Shown piece after piece: positions 41,186-55,145 of a stretch of 64,000 nucleotides of DNA; position 1 is the first letter of the stretch, and each line of letters opens with the position of its first letter. The notes below the pieces were generated by a model, which saw only the letters and a list, made by a program, of their open reading frames with translations, was not told the origin of the DNA and did no database searches. The stretch is from NCBI GenBank assembly GCA_964016885.1, contig OZ024742.1:44020001-44084000 (forward strand), given 5' to 3'. The position numbers and the translations under genes are program-made. Origin of the DNA: Eledone cirrhosa. Its lineage: Eukaryota.

Positions 41186-41220
41186 CTTCCAATGAATCTG
41201 ATGATGAACCCCCACCTAAG
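41186..41220 (+). CDS. PTK2: FAK small exon, start of the proline-rich PPKP.RP motif
   Basis: tttgtAG|...|GTaagt. ASNESDDEPPPK, comparable to FAK SGGSDEAPPK. Phase 1 to 0. Confidence 0.9.
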
Positions 41221-42497
41221 GTAAGTCCGATCAACATTTAGATATTTATGTAGCTAAGGTAAAACTGTACAATACTCAATGGAAAGTAGAAAATTATATA
41301 TGATAGTATATAATTGTCTTTTCAGAATTAGCTTAATGTGTTTATATGTTTGAAGAGAAAGAAGTTTTTAGTGAGAAAGATTTGGAGATGTAGACATACA
41401 GATGTAGACATACAGAGCAAATATAAACAAGTATCAACAAGTATATCGATGGAAAAATCAACCTTTATCTTTTAAAACCATATATATTTCCTTACACATG
41501 TTTCAAGGGAGTTGTACATCCAATTATTTGAGATGTTATGAAACATTTTGTATAATCCTTATCCATATACAGGATCATCATCATCCAGTTTTTTTATTAT
41601 ACAGGACACAATCCCTAAGTAGAGGTGGGTCCTGCCTGACAGTGCTTCCTAGCGTCCCGCTCCATGTGTTTCTGTCCACCAGTCTCAGTTGGGCCAGGCC
41701 AAGCCTAGCTTGATCCAAAGATATGGATTATATGAAATGTTTCATAACATTTCATATAATTGGATGTAAGGAAATAAATATGGTTTTCAAAGATATAGAT
41801 TGATTTTTTTTTTTCCATCTATATACTTGTTGATATTTTTATATATTAATATTTTCCCGTCCTATGAAATAAATTCTTATTAAAGTTATTTCATTGACAA
41901 ATATTGCAGTAGCAACGTATTTCCTATTTATTACTTACTGCCACTCTCCCTGCTGCCTCATACTGCATCGCTCTCCCTCTCTGTATTTCATTACTATAAC
42001 CTATTTCTTACATATATCAAATTACTAATCATTACCAGAAGTAAGTGAATGAGTTTTGTTCACTAAAAACATAGCATGTGACTATCTTTGTTTTCATATG
42101 ACCTTCAACTTACATTAACTCTGTTCATTCAAGGTGGTTGGTTAACTGGGTCTTTGCTCTAACTATCTTGCATGTCTGTCTTCTTCCTTCAAGTTGAATG
42201 AACACAAACTAAGAGTAGCTGCAGCATGAATAATCTGCTTTGATTAAATAAACTCTACTACATGTATTGAATATATATATAATAAGAGTGTTCTCTGTAT
42301 GTCCATCATGCTCACTTTATATAGAGAAGGGGAGTGCCAAGCAAGAGATATGTACATAGATAGAGAAAAGGGAATGCCATATGTTTTCGAGGTGACAGAA
42401 AGTTATGACGTCGCCCTCATCTATATAGAGAGAGAGAGATAGTATGTCTGTGTGACAGAAAGAGGGAGAAGACGATGTCGCTCTCATCTAGTATATA

Positions 42498-42536
<39 letters not shown>

Positions 42537-45500
42537 ATTTGTTTTCATGTTTGATTAACTTGTAATAAGCAAATACAAAACATCTGTAGCAGCGTATGGT
42601 GAAATATGAAATGGAAAACAAATGGTGTCTTGTTAGATGTTGAATCATTCAAATGTCAGACAAATGTTGAATCATTAGAATGTTGAACAAATGCTCTGTG
42701 GTATTTAGTTCCAGCTCTTTACGTTCTGAGGCCAAATCTTGCTGGGATCAACTTTTCCTGTCCTCTTTCTTTCCAGGGTTGATAAAATAAAATATTGATC
42801 GAGTACTGGGGTCGATTTAAATTGTTGCAACGTTACCAACAAAATAGATCAAGTCATGCAGTGATGGATGTACAGGAGACCCATCTAACACATTTGAATA
42901 TGAGTGGAGAGGGCATAAAAATAATGCTTTCTAATTTTGGTATAAGATCGGCAATTTGTTTTTCTTTTTCTTTTCTTTTTTTTTTGGCAGGGGGTAGGAA
43001 AAAGTCGATTATATCGACCCCAGTACTTGATTGGTACTTTATTTTATCAAACATATATGAATGAAAGGCGAAGTTGACCATGACGGAATTTGAACTCGGA
43101 ATATAAAGTGCCGGAATAAATACTGCCAAACCTCCATCCCTGCCATGAGTGGTTGGTTGTTTATAGTTTAGTCACGTAGCCGAGTTTCAAGTTATCTCCC
43201 TTGACACCTGTAGCTGCTGCATAGTTAATGTATAACTTTAAGATTAAGATTTTGGTTTCTCAATCGCCAAATCATCAACATGACTGATTAAGGGGATGTG
43301 GGTGCTTTACCATAATGTTTAACCCTTTCGGGTATATGTGTGTGTATGTATCTCTCTGTCTGAAGGCATGTGACATATCGATTAGGGTATTTCACTTAGG
43401 TGATTCTTGGTGGTACATTTTTTTGATAGTTCACATTATTTCAGGCTGCAAGAAAACTAGTTGTACCTGTAATTCAAACGGCCAGCCTTTTCACACATTG
43501 TGTCATGCTGAACCTCACTGGGAATTGCATTAATGGTGCTAGTGTATGTAGACTGCTCAAACAACTGAAGCTCTCGTTCTTGAAACTGATAGAAGTCCAA
43601 CATATGGTTGTGTGTGTATTTATAATTGGGGTTATACAAAAATAATTACTGCTTTAACTATTGGCTTTAAAGGATGTTAACTAAAAACAGGTTGATAGCT
43701 ATGATTCAAATTGAAGTTCCACTGTAAACCTATGAGATTTGCAAATCAAAAAGGGAGCCTTTATGAAGTTATTTAACTTGCTAGAAATAGCAGCCAATTC
43801 TCCCTGAAATCATACCTTACCATCTTCAAAATAAAGGAAGATCGCATTGGATAATATAGTTCTAGATTTATTGCCTCATCATCATTTAACGTCAGTTTCC
43901 TCTGCTACCAAGGTTTGGACCACCATAGACAAAGTCAGTACTTAATCAGAGCTACTGATCTCTCAGATGGACTGGGATTTCAACTTGTTTACACTCTACA
44001 GAGTATGCAGTGCATTTTATCATGGCCCAGCACTAGGGAAGTTACCCTTCACACAACTGAAGAGTTCTCTCAACCCTCTTTTGAAAAAAATGACAGACTG
44101 GTCTTACATGAAATGCCTGTGATCATATGTCTCCTGTATCAAGGCTGATCTGAAGTTAAACCTGCACACTCAGTCAAAATGTCTAAATATCTGAGATAAA
44201 GTGTCATTAGTTGTTTATAAGGTAATTTAAGGGGACTAATTAACCTCAGCATTACAGATGAAATATCCTTTTTAATAAGACATTCTGTGTCAATTTGAGT
44301 TGAAACTAATAAAAACATTGTATGGATTGCACAAAACCTTTTTGAAGCAAAATTCCTGACACAAACCCTTACACTGCTGATCTGTGGGACTTCTGTTTAT
44401 GTGGACAAAAACAAATATGCCCACCTATGGAAATGATATCAAGCGCAAAGAGCTGGAGATAAACACACGTGCACGCACGCGAGACTATGTACAATTTCCA
44501 TCTATCAAATTCACACGCAAGACATTGGTCGACTCAAGAATACACTTGCTGAAAGAGAACTTCTTAACTACACAGCCATGTCTACACATATTTAAGATAT
44601 TTTCACCTCTAACCATTATAATTTTATTAACAAGTGTGGTTTACTTTATAATAAATATTTGTACTGATTAGTTTGGACAACATGCTGCAACTTGATAGAC
44701 TGGTAAAGAGTAGGACAAAATAGCTTGTATTTGTTCTACCTCTTTAAGTTCTGAGTCAAATCTTGCTGTAGACGATAGACTTAATATGCGACACAGTTTA
44801 ATGCCACCACATTGCTCTTGAATGTGTTTAGTAGAGTGTGCTCTGTTGGAGGCACATGGGCCAGGTCTCCAGTTTGACTATATATTCTTCCCTCCCATCA
44901 ATTTCATACGTACTGAAATCCTCCCTGACTAAACAGTAAAAAATAATCACAAAAGAAACAGTATCTGTTTTTTTATTACAACTGCACCGGTTTTAATATA
45001 TTGCATTTCTTCTTTGCTACTAATTGAGCATTATAATGTCCTGTACCACATGAAACCACATAAACAAGAAATTCTTAAAGTACAAAAAAGCACTATGACT
45101 GCATCATCACTGTCATTTTATGCTTGTTTTTGCACATTTGCATTAAAAAATTAAGTCTTTACTTTAATATAGCAAATTTTCACAATAACCTATTTACTTG
45201 TAAAGATACTATAAAGATTTGAATTAATAAAGCCATTTAAAACCTTTTTTTTTTTTTTTTTACTACATCATTACAGAATGTTAAGAGTTAAATAGCTTTC
45301 TTTTAAAATTCATAGAAATAATTAGAAATCTCAACACAAGGATAGCTGTTAAAACAGCCATCAGTGACAGCATACAGGTTGGGTAAAAATACTTTTCGAG
45401 ACAGCATTTACTTTAGCTTTCTTTTAATTTTTACTTAACTTTGCATGTCGCTATTTTTACATTAACCTAAACCAGTCATATCTGGCCATAAACGGCTGCT

Positions 45501-46406
45501 GATACTTATGTATTGTTATCAAAATAAATATTATCTCATAGAATCGATATTATGTGAGGTAAGGCCTTTACTGTGAAAATACAATAGTAAATATAGAGTA
45601 ATGTAAATACTATAAAGGGTTAAGACTGCAGAAATTTACTGGATTCAGTTGTTAGGAGTTCTTGTTGCTTTGGTTTTATTGAAACCTTTTTCAGTCTTCA
45701 TTGCTTCCAATATATTAATTGATTGATGTTATAGGAAGGGCATCCAGCCATAGAAATCTGCCAAACAATGAATCTGGAAGGCTCTTCAGTTATCACAAGG
45801 ACATGACAACTTCCCTAGTATTGATGCCATGATAAAATGCATTCTATAGAGTACAGGATCATATGTCAGTCCACCCGGAGATCAGAGGCTCTGCTTAAGT
45901 ACTGACCAATCTGTGACATAGCCAACTCTTGTAAGCAAGGAAAATGGTGGTGGTGATAGCAGTGGTGATTAATTCTACTCTAAAAATAAACACAAACAAG
46001 AATCCCAAAAGTCAATGTTTATGTTAAATGGATGAGAGAAAGACGTTAGTTTATCACAAATAAGTTTCCATGTGGGGAAAAATTAAACTCAGTAGTGTAA
46101 GTGAGGGAGTTAGCTATTAATTCTATATTGCTGTTGCTTGCTACTTACAGCTGGTGGACTGAACTGTTGACAATTGTCTTGATGATAGGCTCTAGGAGGG
46201 CACTGAACTATACTGCATTCTTGCATAATTACAGCTATGTTGACCAGTTGTCAGGTCCATTGATACCATACCTTCAACAATACTACTGCAATTTGGTACA
46301 TACTTACAGGTGGATTGGACTAATGACAGTTAAGTGTTTTGAGCAGAGACATAATAGGGGCAACAATAGAACATAAACCACTAACCAGTATATATATATA
46401 TATAAT

Positions 46407-46940
46407 CAGGGTGCGGACGATATTTGTTCGCAAAATTACTGTCTAGGAAAAAAAAACACAGTAGTTTTATTTTTGGGTCAGTTTGTCTTCATGACTTGTT
46501 CTTTCGATCTCACTCGATAAACCCGCCATTGGCTTTGATGACGGCCTCGGAACCGGCTACAGGCTTTCGTCACTGTGTGTGTGTGTGTGTCCCCCCACCC
46601 CGACTTAGGCCTCTAAAGGCACTTGTGATCCTGGCCTTCAGATCGTCCTTCGTATTGCAGCTAGATCTGTTGGTGTCTCGTTCCACTGCGCCCCACACAT
46701 CCACCCCTTTCTCCTTTGCAATGGCACGCATCGACTTGCTAGGTTCAGTGTTGATGATATCCTGAACTTCAGCGACGAACTAGGGCGTTCTGAAGGCGTC
46801 AGATCGTCGATCATGTGTTTTCCTCTCTGAAGTTGCTTCGTAGTTGAATCCTGAATCTTCTAATTCCTTTCTGACCTTTTCCACCATTCTCCTGCTGACG
46901 CTGAGAAAGTCTGAAATTTCCTTATTTGTCGTCGTCGTCA
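46407..46940 (-). mobile_element. Internally deleted Tc1/mariner-family transposase remnant
   Basis: N-terminal HTH-like NKEISDFLSVSRRMVEKVRKELE...PSKSMRAIAKE is joined to C-terminal ACSRF..AVIKANGGFIE. The end cagggtgcggac abuts (TA)n. No DDE/D core seen. Confidence 0.7.
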
Positions 46941-48143
46941 TATATATATATATCCAGAACAATGAGCGATCTCAATAAAAACAGAGATGACTATGTTTGT
47001 ATTAGTACAGTGCAATAGAGTATCAAATTGTACATTACAAGATAATTCACAATGAACATCTGTTCCAAATTAAATGTATTGTGATGTGGTATTTTGAAAC
47101 AGAAGCATACAATTTACCTGATGAGCCAATGCTCATTGTGATGCACAACTCTTATGGTAAAACTTGAAGTAGCAATCATTTAGAGCTATCGTACTCTTCT
47201 AGTATATAAATGAATAAAAATAACCAGGATTAAATTACATTAAATTATTTCATTGATTTATGAATGTTTCAATCAATACAACAGGAATATTCATTTCTGC
47301 TGTATTGAACTCTTCAAAATCTATCAAACAACATAATTAACATAGATATCTACCAAACATGTCCAAACATCTCAATTTAAAAAATGTAAACAAATTTAAA
47401 ATACAGTTGAGATAACTAAACACACAACTAAATATTTATTAGTAATAAACATATAACGTGCAGTGACTAAAGGTATTTTACTAAACCATTATACACACGC
47501 AAGGTGGTCCAAAAGTCACTAGACCATTAGATGTGTATTGCTTATAAAAGAATAAATATAAATATTTGTGTTGTTTCCTTGAGCAAGACACTTTATTTCA
47601 CATTGCTCCAGTTTACTAAGCTGTAGAAATGAGATGATAGGACTGGAGTCCCTATCATTCCACTGCAAAGTGGTGCCACGGCAAAAAAGCACCCAGCACT
47701 CACTGTAAATGAGGTTGATGTTAGGAAGGGCATTCAGCTGTAGAAATCAAGCCAGAATCAGTTCCCGTCCCACCCTTGCAAGCAGGTAAAAGTGGACGTA
47801 AAATGAGATGATGATGAAAAGGGTTATTATAGCTTAAAATGGTCTGCAGACTTTTGAGCCACCCTGTGTTTGTGTGTATATATATATTCAGAATTTAGAT
47901 GTTTGGACATGTATTTGGTAAATAATTATACTATTTATGTTGTTTAATAGATTCTGAAGAAATCAATACATCAGAAATGGATATTCCTGCTACATTGATT
48001 GAAACATTCGTAAATCAATTAAATAATTTAATGTAATTTAATCCTGCATACTTTTATTCATTTTATATCTATATATATATCATATATATATGATATATAT
48101 CATCATCATCATCAACGTTTAACGTCCGTATATATATATATAT

Positions 48144-48178
<35 letters not shown>

Positions 48179-48622
48179 TATATATATATATATATATCAT
48201 ATATATAGGTAGTGAAATGGCAGTCGTTAGAACATCCGGTAGAATGCTTTGCAGGTTTCATTTCAACTATCTGCTCTCTGAGTTCAAATCCCGCTGAGCT
48301 CAACTTTGCTTTTCATCCTTTCGAGGTCAATAAAAAAAGAACCTGCCTAGTACTGGGGTCAATTCTTCCTCTATATCTCTTTCTCACTTCCTCTCTTTCA
48401 CTATCTATCCTTCTCTGGAAGAAATCTGCTGTTTTTAGACCTGGAGAGGATTGGGCTCTGCCAGGTTTAAAAATGACCTAGAAACACCGTATGTCAATAT
48501 AGAACCTCTATGACTCCTTTAGGAGTTACGGGACCATGCAAACAAAATATATATATATAATGCAGTGTAGTATACATTCAAGCAGGATGTTGAAATGCCC
48601 TGAAGCCAGGTAAAGAAATAAT

Positions 48623-48802
48623 TGTTTCTACTTTTGGCACAAGGCCAGCAAATACCCAGTACATTACTGGTACTTTATTTTATCGACCCCGTAAGGATGA
48701 AAGGCAAAGTTGACCTCAGCGGGGTTTGAACTCAGAATGGAAAGGGCCGTAACTCTATGCGTCAAAGCATGGTGTCCGACTCTCTACCGATGCTGCCAAT
48801 CC
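48623..48802 (-). mobile_element. Young SINE insertion with an 18-bp target-site duplication
   Basis: gccaggtaaagaaataat occurs at 48605-48622 and 48803-48820. Confidence 0.88.
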
Positions 48803-49760
48803 GCCAGGTAAAGAAATAATGGACTGAAGTATAATCTGTTATTTTACAACAGATTGATTATTTAGACTAGTTATATAAACCTTCACACCTTCTGCTGAAT
48901 ATTTCTATTATAATGCTTGCTTGTTTGTTTCTAACTTTGGCATTATTTTTTTGTAAATAACACTTTGTATACTAACTTTGTATTTTCTTATTCTTTTCAA
49001 GAAATATTTGTCCAGTTCTGACTTTAAAGTTTGTTTTGCTGCCTATATTCCTGTGTTATTGAATAATCCCTCTCTCCCCTTTTTTAATCAAATACCCTGT
49101 AAATCTTTTCATTACAACATGTACCATGTATACTTATATATAAGTCACCCTGGTAGACAAGTCAAGCCTCCATTTTACATAAAATATTTACAATGTACTA
49201 TATTGACTTGAGATTCTGTAGGCCCATTAGATAGGTCAAATGCTGGTTTTTCAAGTATTTTCATCAGGAGGGCAGAAGGTCAGATCCAACCAAGGAAACT
49301 GTTTCCCTTAGTTTTTCCATTACTGATAATATCTGCTCGTCACAACTACTGGTAGAAATGGCACTGATTTTCTGGTGGTGGTATGTAAGATTTGAGCTCA
49401 GAATGCACAGAGCTGGAACTGATATCCCAAAACATCCTGCCTAACTTTTTAACAATTCTGCCAATCCACCACCCCTGAACTGGTAATTTATTTATTGACC
49501 CCCAAAGAGATGAAGGGCAAAGTTGACTGTAACAAGATTTGAGCACAAATTTAGAATAAAAACTACGGTATTCATTCCAATGATGACTCTTCCAATTGAC
49601 CACAAGGTGTGACTTATACATGACTATATATGGTAAATCTCTTGGAGTTTTTTATGTTGATGTTGAAATGATTGCTTTGTTGTTTCAATCAATGCGGTTG
49701 ATTGCTATATAACGTTGGTGCATGTGTGTGACTAATGTTTGCTCACTGTTTTGTTTGCAG

Positions 49761-50192
49761 CCTGCTCGTCCTAGCCAGCCCATCTCCCCGACTGGTTCCA
49801 CTCCCAACTTGTCTTCTGACAGGACAGATTTGCACACTGACCACCACTGGAACAGCACTGGCTACCTCCCGTGTAGTCACGGTGATACTGCCAATTCAAA
49901 TACGGGTATGAGGAAGTTTGATAGTTTGGACAATGACGGTATAGCTCGGGGATACTTTTCTGCCGTTAGTGGTTATGGCCAGCTGCCAAAGACACTGCCG
50001 ACCGGTGGCTCAACTGGCCTCAGTGCAGAGCGTGATGTACCTCTGCCACATTTTAACTCAACGCAGGACATGCATCTGCTGAGGAGGAGTAGGGACCTTG
50101 CTGAACTGACGGCTACAGAATCTTACCAAGTTCCTTCCCTTAACAAATCTCCGGTGTTTTCAGCTTCATCATCCCAACATCCTGGAATAAAT
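49761..50192 (+). CDS. PTK2: FAK exon, Pro/Ser-rich C-terminal linker (144 aa)
   Basis: tttgcAG|...|GTgagt. PARPSQPISPTGSTP...HPGIN completes PPPK|PARP, comparable to the FAK SH3-binding PPKPSRP. Long GC-richer open frame, phase 0-0. Confidence 0.88.
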
Positions 50193-53100
50193 GTGAGTGA
50201 CAGCAACTGAGTTGCGTCTCTTAATATTTTGCCATTATTTTACAGTATCATTTCTTTTGATATATAATTGTCTGATTTTTTTCCTTTCTCATTTTATTTG
50301 TGTGTTCATGCATATATATATATATATACATACAGACTGTGTTGTAGGATACTAAGCAAAGCAGTGCTTCGTGTGTGTGTGTGTGTTTATTTTTAATATA
50401 TTTATGCCTCAAACTGCTTTTTACACACACATAATTCTTATGAATCTATATTACAAGAAACTTGTAACATTGTTTTTGTAGAGTTTTTTCAATATGCAAC
50501 ACTAGTATCTTTGTAATACTTCCTTTCCACCAAATTTTTGCATGAGAATAATGAATTCCATTCTTGGAACTGTTCAAATTAAGATGCTTCTTCTTCTAAC
50601 ATGATTTTGGTTTAATTTTTGCTTGTTTAAATATAGATAGTATTATTATTTTTGATTTTCTTATTACCATTATTAGTTGCTAAAATAATGTAGTTTACAT
50701 GTATTTGCTGTACCACACAACTAAGTTTCCAATGCTATTAGATAGAATTAGCCATTCTTTGTTATTGTTGTTATATTATTATTATTTGCCTTACAATGTT
50801 AGGCTTTCTCATATACAAGTTTGCTCGTGAAATTAACGTGAAGTGGCCAGGCATTCTACAGACACATTTAACATAATTCTCAAGCAGAGTCAACATGGCA
50901 TGGTGTGTGACAAGGCTAACCCTTTCAACCACAGATACAATTCATTTTTTTCCAGCTGAGTAGACTGGAGCAATGTGTAATATAGTGTCTTGCTCAAAGA
51001 CACACCACACTGCCTGGTTCGGATGTTGAACTCACAACTTTTTTGTTGAGCCCAACACCGAAACCATTGTGCCACAAACCTTTACTGACATTTATAGACT
51101 CACAGAAGCATAGTTTTATATGTAAACATCCTTTTTATATATATATATATATGTATATATGGGGGTCCATATCAGTTTACTCAGCTGTAGAAATGAGATG
51201 ATAGGGACTGGGGTCCCTATCATTCCACTACAAAGTGGTCATGGAGGTGCCACGGCAAAAAAGCACCCAGCACTCACTGTAAATGAGGTTGGTGTTAGGA
51301 AGGGCATCCAGCTGTAGAAATCAAGCCAGAATCAGTTCCTGTACCACCCTTGCAAGCAGGGAAAAAGCGGACGTAAAATGAAATGATGAATGAAATGATG
51401 AATGAAATGATAACGGCAATTACCCCTCACTGTGTCTACAAAATTTCTATCGATTTTTTTTTTTTTTTTTTTTTTTTCATGCATTTGGAAAATTGTTTAA
51501 CCCTTTAGCATTTAAACCGGCCGTATCCTTCCAGAAGTCTCTCACTTCTTTTTGTTCAAACTGGCTGTAACTAGCTGCTCATACCTACATTAAGGTATTA
51601 TTCTCAAAATAAATAACATCAAAATCTTGTAGATTCAATATTATGTGAGGTAAAGCCTTTACTGTGAAAATACAATAGTAAATATAGAATAATGTAAATA
51701 CTAAAGGGTTCAACCAGTTCTGGGTGTGATCTGATGGAGCCTGACATAAAGATTGTCTCTGTTATATCAGTAGAGAGTAAGCTGAATGGGATAGAGTTTG
51801 GAAGCCCAATGTGTTAAATTTCTGCTGAATCATTCACAATATATGTTCTGGTATAGATGAATCTAGGAAGACCTTGGGCACTCTCCCTTCCATCAGACCT
51901 ATCCAAATTAACAAAAAAAAAATGGTCAGATGCTGTCAAGAAGAATTGGTCATTTTCTATTGACCAATGCTTGGCTTTAACATTGCTATTCTTGGTACCA
52001 TTTGCTGAAAACCTCTCTCTTCTGGTGGTTTCGCCGAGTTTCAAGAAATAGTTATGGATTTGGGCATGTGGTTAGAATGTCTCAGGAAAGAATCACTGGA
52101 CATTTTACAGGCAAAACCAACTGGCAGGAGACCCAAGGGTAGACCTTGAGTCAAAAATGGCAAACAAATATAATAGTGATTTCTGTTATTTTCATTCAGC
52201 TTATGTAGGACCCATATATTGAGCATTTTTTGGTTTTCTATGTGATGCAGTTACCAAACAACTGTTGAATGGTCAACATTTAGTGCTAATTTAACTTCTG
52301 AAGTTGTTTTATGTGGATTTGCTTCAATAATGCCCTGCAATTGTTCATTGTTAGTTGCAAAAGGCCTTTGTCGCCATTACAAAACTTTTGGAATCAATGT
52401 TTAACTGCATGTTCATTGATGGCCTCCTTACCAAATACTTTGTTGGTATTGCAATCATCATCATCACCATTTAACTTCCATTTTTCCATGCTAACATGGG
52501 TTGGACAAGCTGTTCCATTGTGAGACAAGCCAGATTAGATTGCTGTGTCTTGCTCATACAGAACTGATTTTGGCTTGATTTCTATGACTGGATGCCCTTC
52601 CTAATGGCAACCACTTTACAGTGTAGAGTGGGTGCTTTTTGTCGTGTCACCAAAATGACCATTTTACAGTGTGGACTGGGGGCTGGGATGGAGATTTGAG
52701 AGGTAGATCTAGAGTAGGGCACTAATCTGGGGAAGGGTAGGGGTGTAGGGATGATAGATGAAAGGAGCCAATTTTCAAATCGGACCAATGAAGTTATGTT
52801 TCCATTGGTATTTCCATTTCTGATATTATCTACCTGGCAGAAAAAGGCAAGATTTGAACTCAGAATTCACAAAGCTAGATCAGCTACCTCAAACCATCCC
52901 ATTTGACTCTTTAACTTTATTTATCAACCTCTGAATAGATCAGACAAGGTTGACTTTGATGGGATTTGAACTCAGAGTGCAGAGACCCAGAACAAATACT
53001 GAAGCATTTAATCCAGTGCTCTAACAAATCTGCCAATTTGCCGCCTACTTTAAACTTATTCTATATACAATTACTCTAAATTGGATTTACTTTTACTTTT

Positions 53101-53288
53101 TTGTTCACCTTTAGTTTTACAGACTAAAATAAACAGAACCATTAGCATACATCAATAGCCATATATCTGGGATTCAAATTTTCACTTCTATGAACAGAGT
53201 TAAATAAATGTTTGTTCCATAATAAGCATCAAAGTTTTAAAAAATAAAAGCTACAGCTATTTTTGCAATAACCTAATGTGTGTGCAGT

Positions 53289-53321
<33 letters not shown>

Positions 53322-53718
53322 TGTGTGGGTGTTTATGCATGTTTGTATGTGTTGTGTATGCATACATTTGTATATGTGCATATGTATGTAGGTGCGAGTG
53401 TATGTATGTGCATTTGTATATAGGTGTGTGTATATTCCCAGCAATGGTTTCTGTATTCTCACTACCCACTTCTCTGTAAACACTACACAATACTCTATCT
53501 TTGCCACCATCAACCTAACATATATGGCTCTCGGCTCATTACAATTCAGGGCAGATTACTTTATGAATGGCACTATTGTAATGTAGGTTTGGGAGTTTTA
53601 CTCTATTTCAGTTTTATTTTGATATTTTCATTTTCATAAATATTCACACGCGAACACCCACACCCACACACATATGCATATACATACACACACACATGCA
53701 TATACTCATGCACATAGG

Positions 53719-53766
<48 letters not shown>

Positions 53767-54157
53767 GTACACTAGCATATTACCCATTAAAAATAGTAGT
53801 AGTAGAGGTGGTTGCAATGATCATTACCGTTTAACATCCATTTTTCCACTCTAACATGGGTTAGACAGATAGTCGTGTCGTGGCACCTACACAACCACTT
53901 TATAGTGTGGGCTGAGTGATATTCAGCATGCGCACATACACACACACATGTAAAAGAGACTAATAAATGCATATATGTATACATTCATATAAACTTTGAC
54001 GATGCTGTCAAACTTTTCGATTTAAACCAAACCCTATACTCTATATTTCATGCTTATTCAGTTAATGCTTGACTGTCTTTATGTATGAGTATACGTTAGA
54101 TACACACACACTAATGTATATATGCAATAAGACACATACAATAATGTATACATACAC

Positions 54158-54323
54158 AGACCTGTCAACTCTTCCCATCCAACGGGGAGATCTCCCCGTT
54201 TTTGTGAAAATGAGTATGGCTTTCATTATGTAAAATCTCCCCAATTTGCCTCATTTCTCCCCATTTTGGGGCACTTTTTTTCATGGTACTCCCCGTTTGG
54301 CTTTTTAGAGGTTAGTTGGTCTG
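54158..54323. mobile_element. Small MITE-like element
   Basis: Imperfect TIRs cagacctgtcaactct / agaggttagttggtctg and internal ctccccgttt repeats. Confidence 0.45.
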
Positions 54324-55004
54324 AATACACTATTGTGAACATTTCATCAGTGGATGTAGCACTGCCAAATGGCCAAGCTGTTTGGTAAGCAATCATAAGG
54401 TCTTGGATTCAATCCCACTGCATGACATCTTAGCTAAGTGTTATTCACTATAGCCTCAGATCAACCCATGCCTTGTGAATGAAATTTAGTCGATGAAAAT
54501 TGTTTCAAAACTCATTGATGGACTGTACCTGTAATTCAGAGCCAGCCTTATCACACATTGTGGAATGCTCAGCTACTTGCATGTTAATTTCATGAGTAGG
54601 ATGTTACATTGAAGGAACAACTTGAACATTCATCATTGACACTGATGGAGGTCTATTTCATACTTCATTATTATATTTGTGCTGGTGTAAGTTGATGCAC
54701 ATCTTCTTGTTTACAAAGTAGTAGAGGGCCAGACGATTTTGGTATTGTGTATATCTTTGGCATGTTGTGTCTCGGGAAAGAATTGCTGGACAGATTTTAT
54801 GGGCAAAACCAACTGGCAGGAGACCCAGGGCTAAACCCCGAGCAAGATGGTTGGATAACATCCATGAGCTTGGCTGGTCTTGCTTGGGATCCACCGAGAT
54901 CAGTTGGCGGCGGTTGCTTCTGACAGGACCAACTGGAAGGAGTGTTTGAAAACTCTGTCCCCATGATCCTTTCAGGAATAAGTGGGTGAAGACGAGTATA
55001 TCTT

Positions 55005-55145
55005 TGGTGCATTTTATTGGGGCCCTGGTACTCATTAAAGAAGTGCTTCAGAGTACTTTCAACACTGTATCAATTTACAACCCTGTTAGATGGGTAGTCT
55101 GTAATCCAGTTTGTGAAGTCCACATCCATTTTTGGCTAAGTTTCT
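55005..55145 (-). mobile_element. Very decayed LINE RT remnant (L2/Rex1/CR1-like)
   Basis: Minus strand NWITDYPSNR ... MSTRAPIKC resembles WI.DYLSNR...TGAPQGC. Confidence 0.35.

Noticed and set aside
42380-42425. Hammerhead-like agauga-stem-gaaa on the minus strand
   Set aside because: The core reads UAGAUGA rather than CUGAUGA, and stems I and III are not formed.
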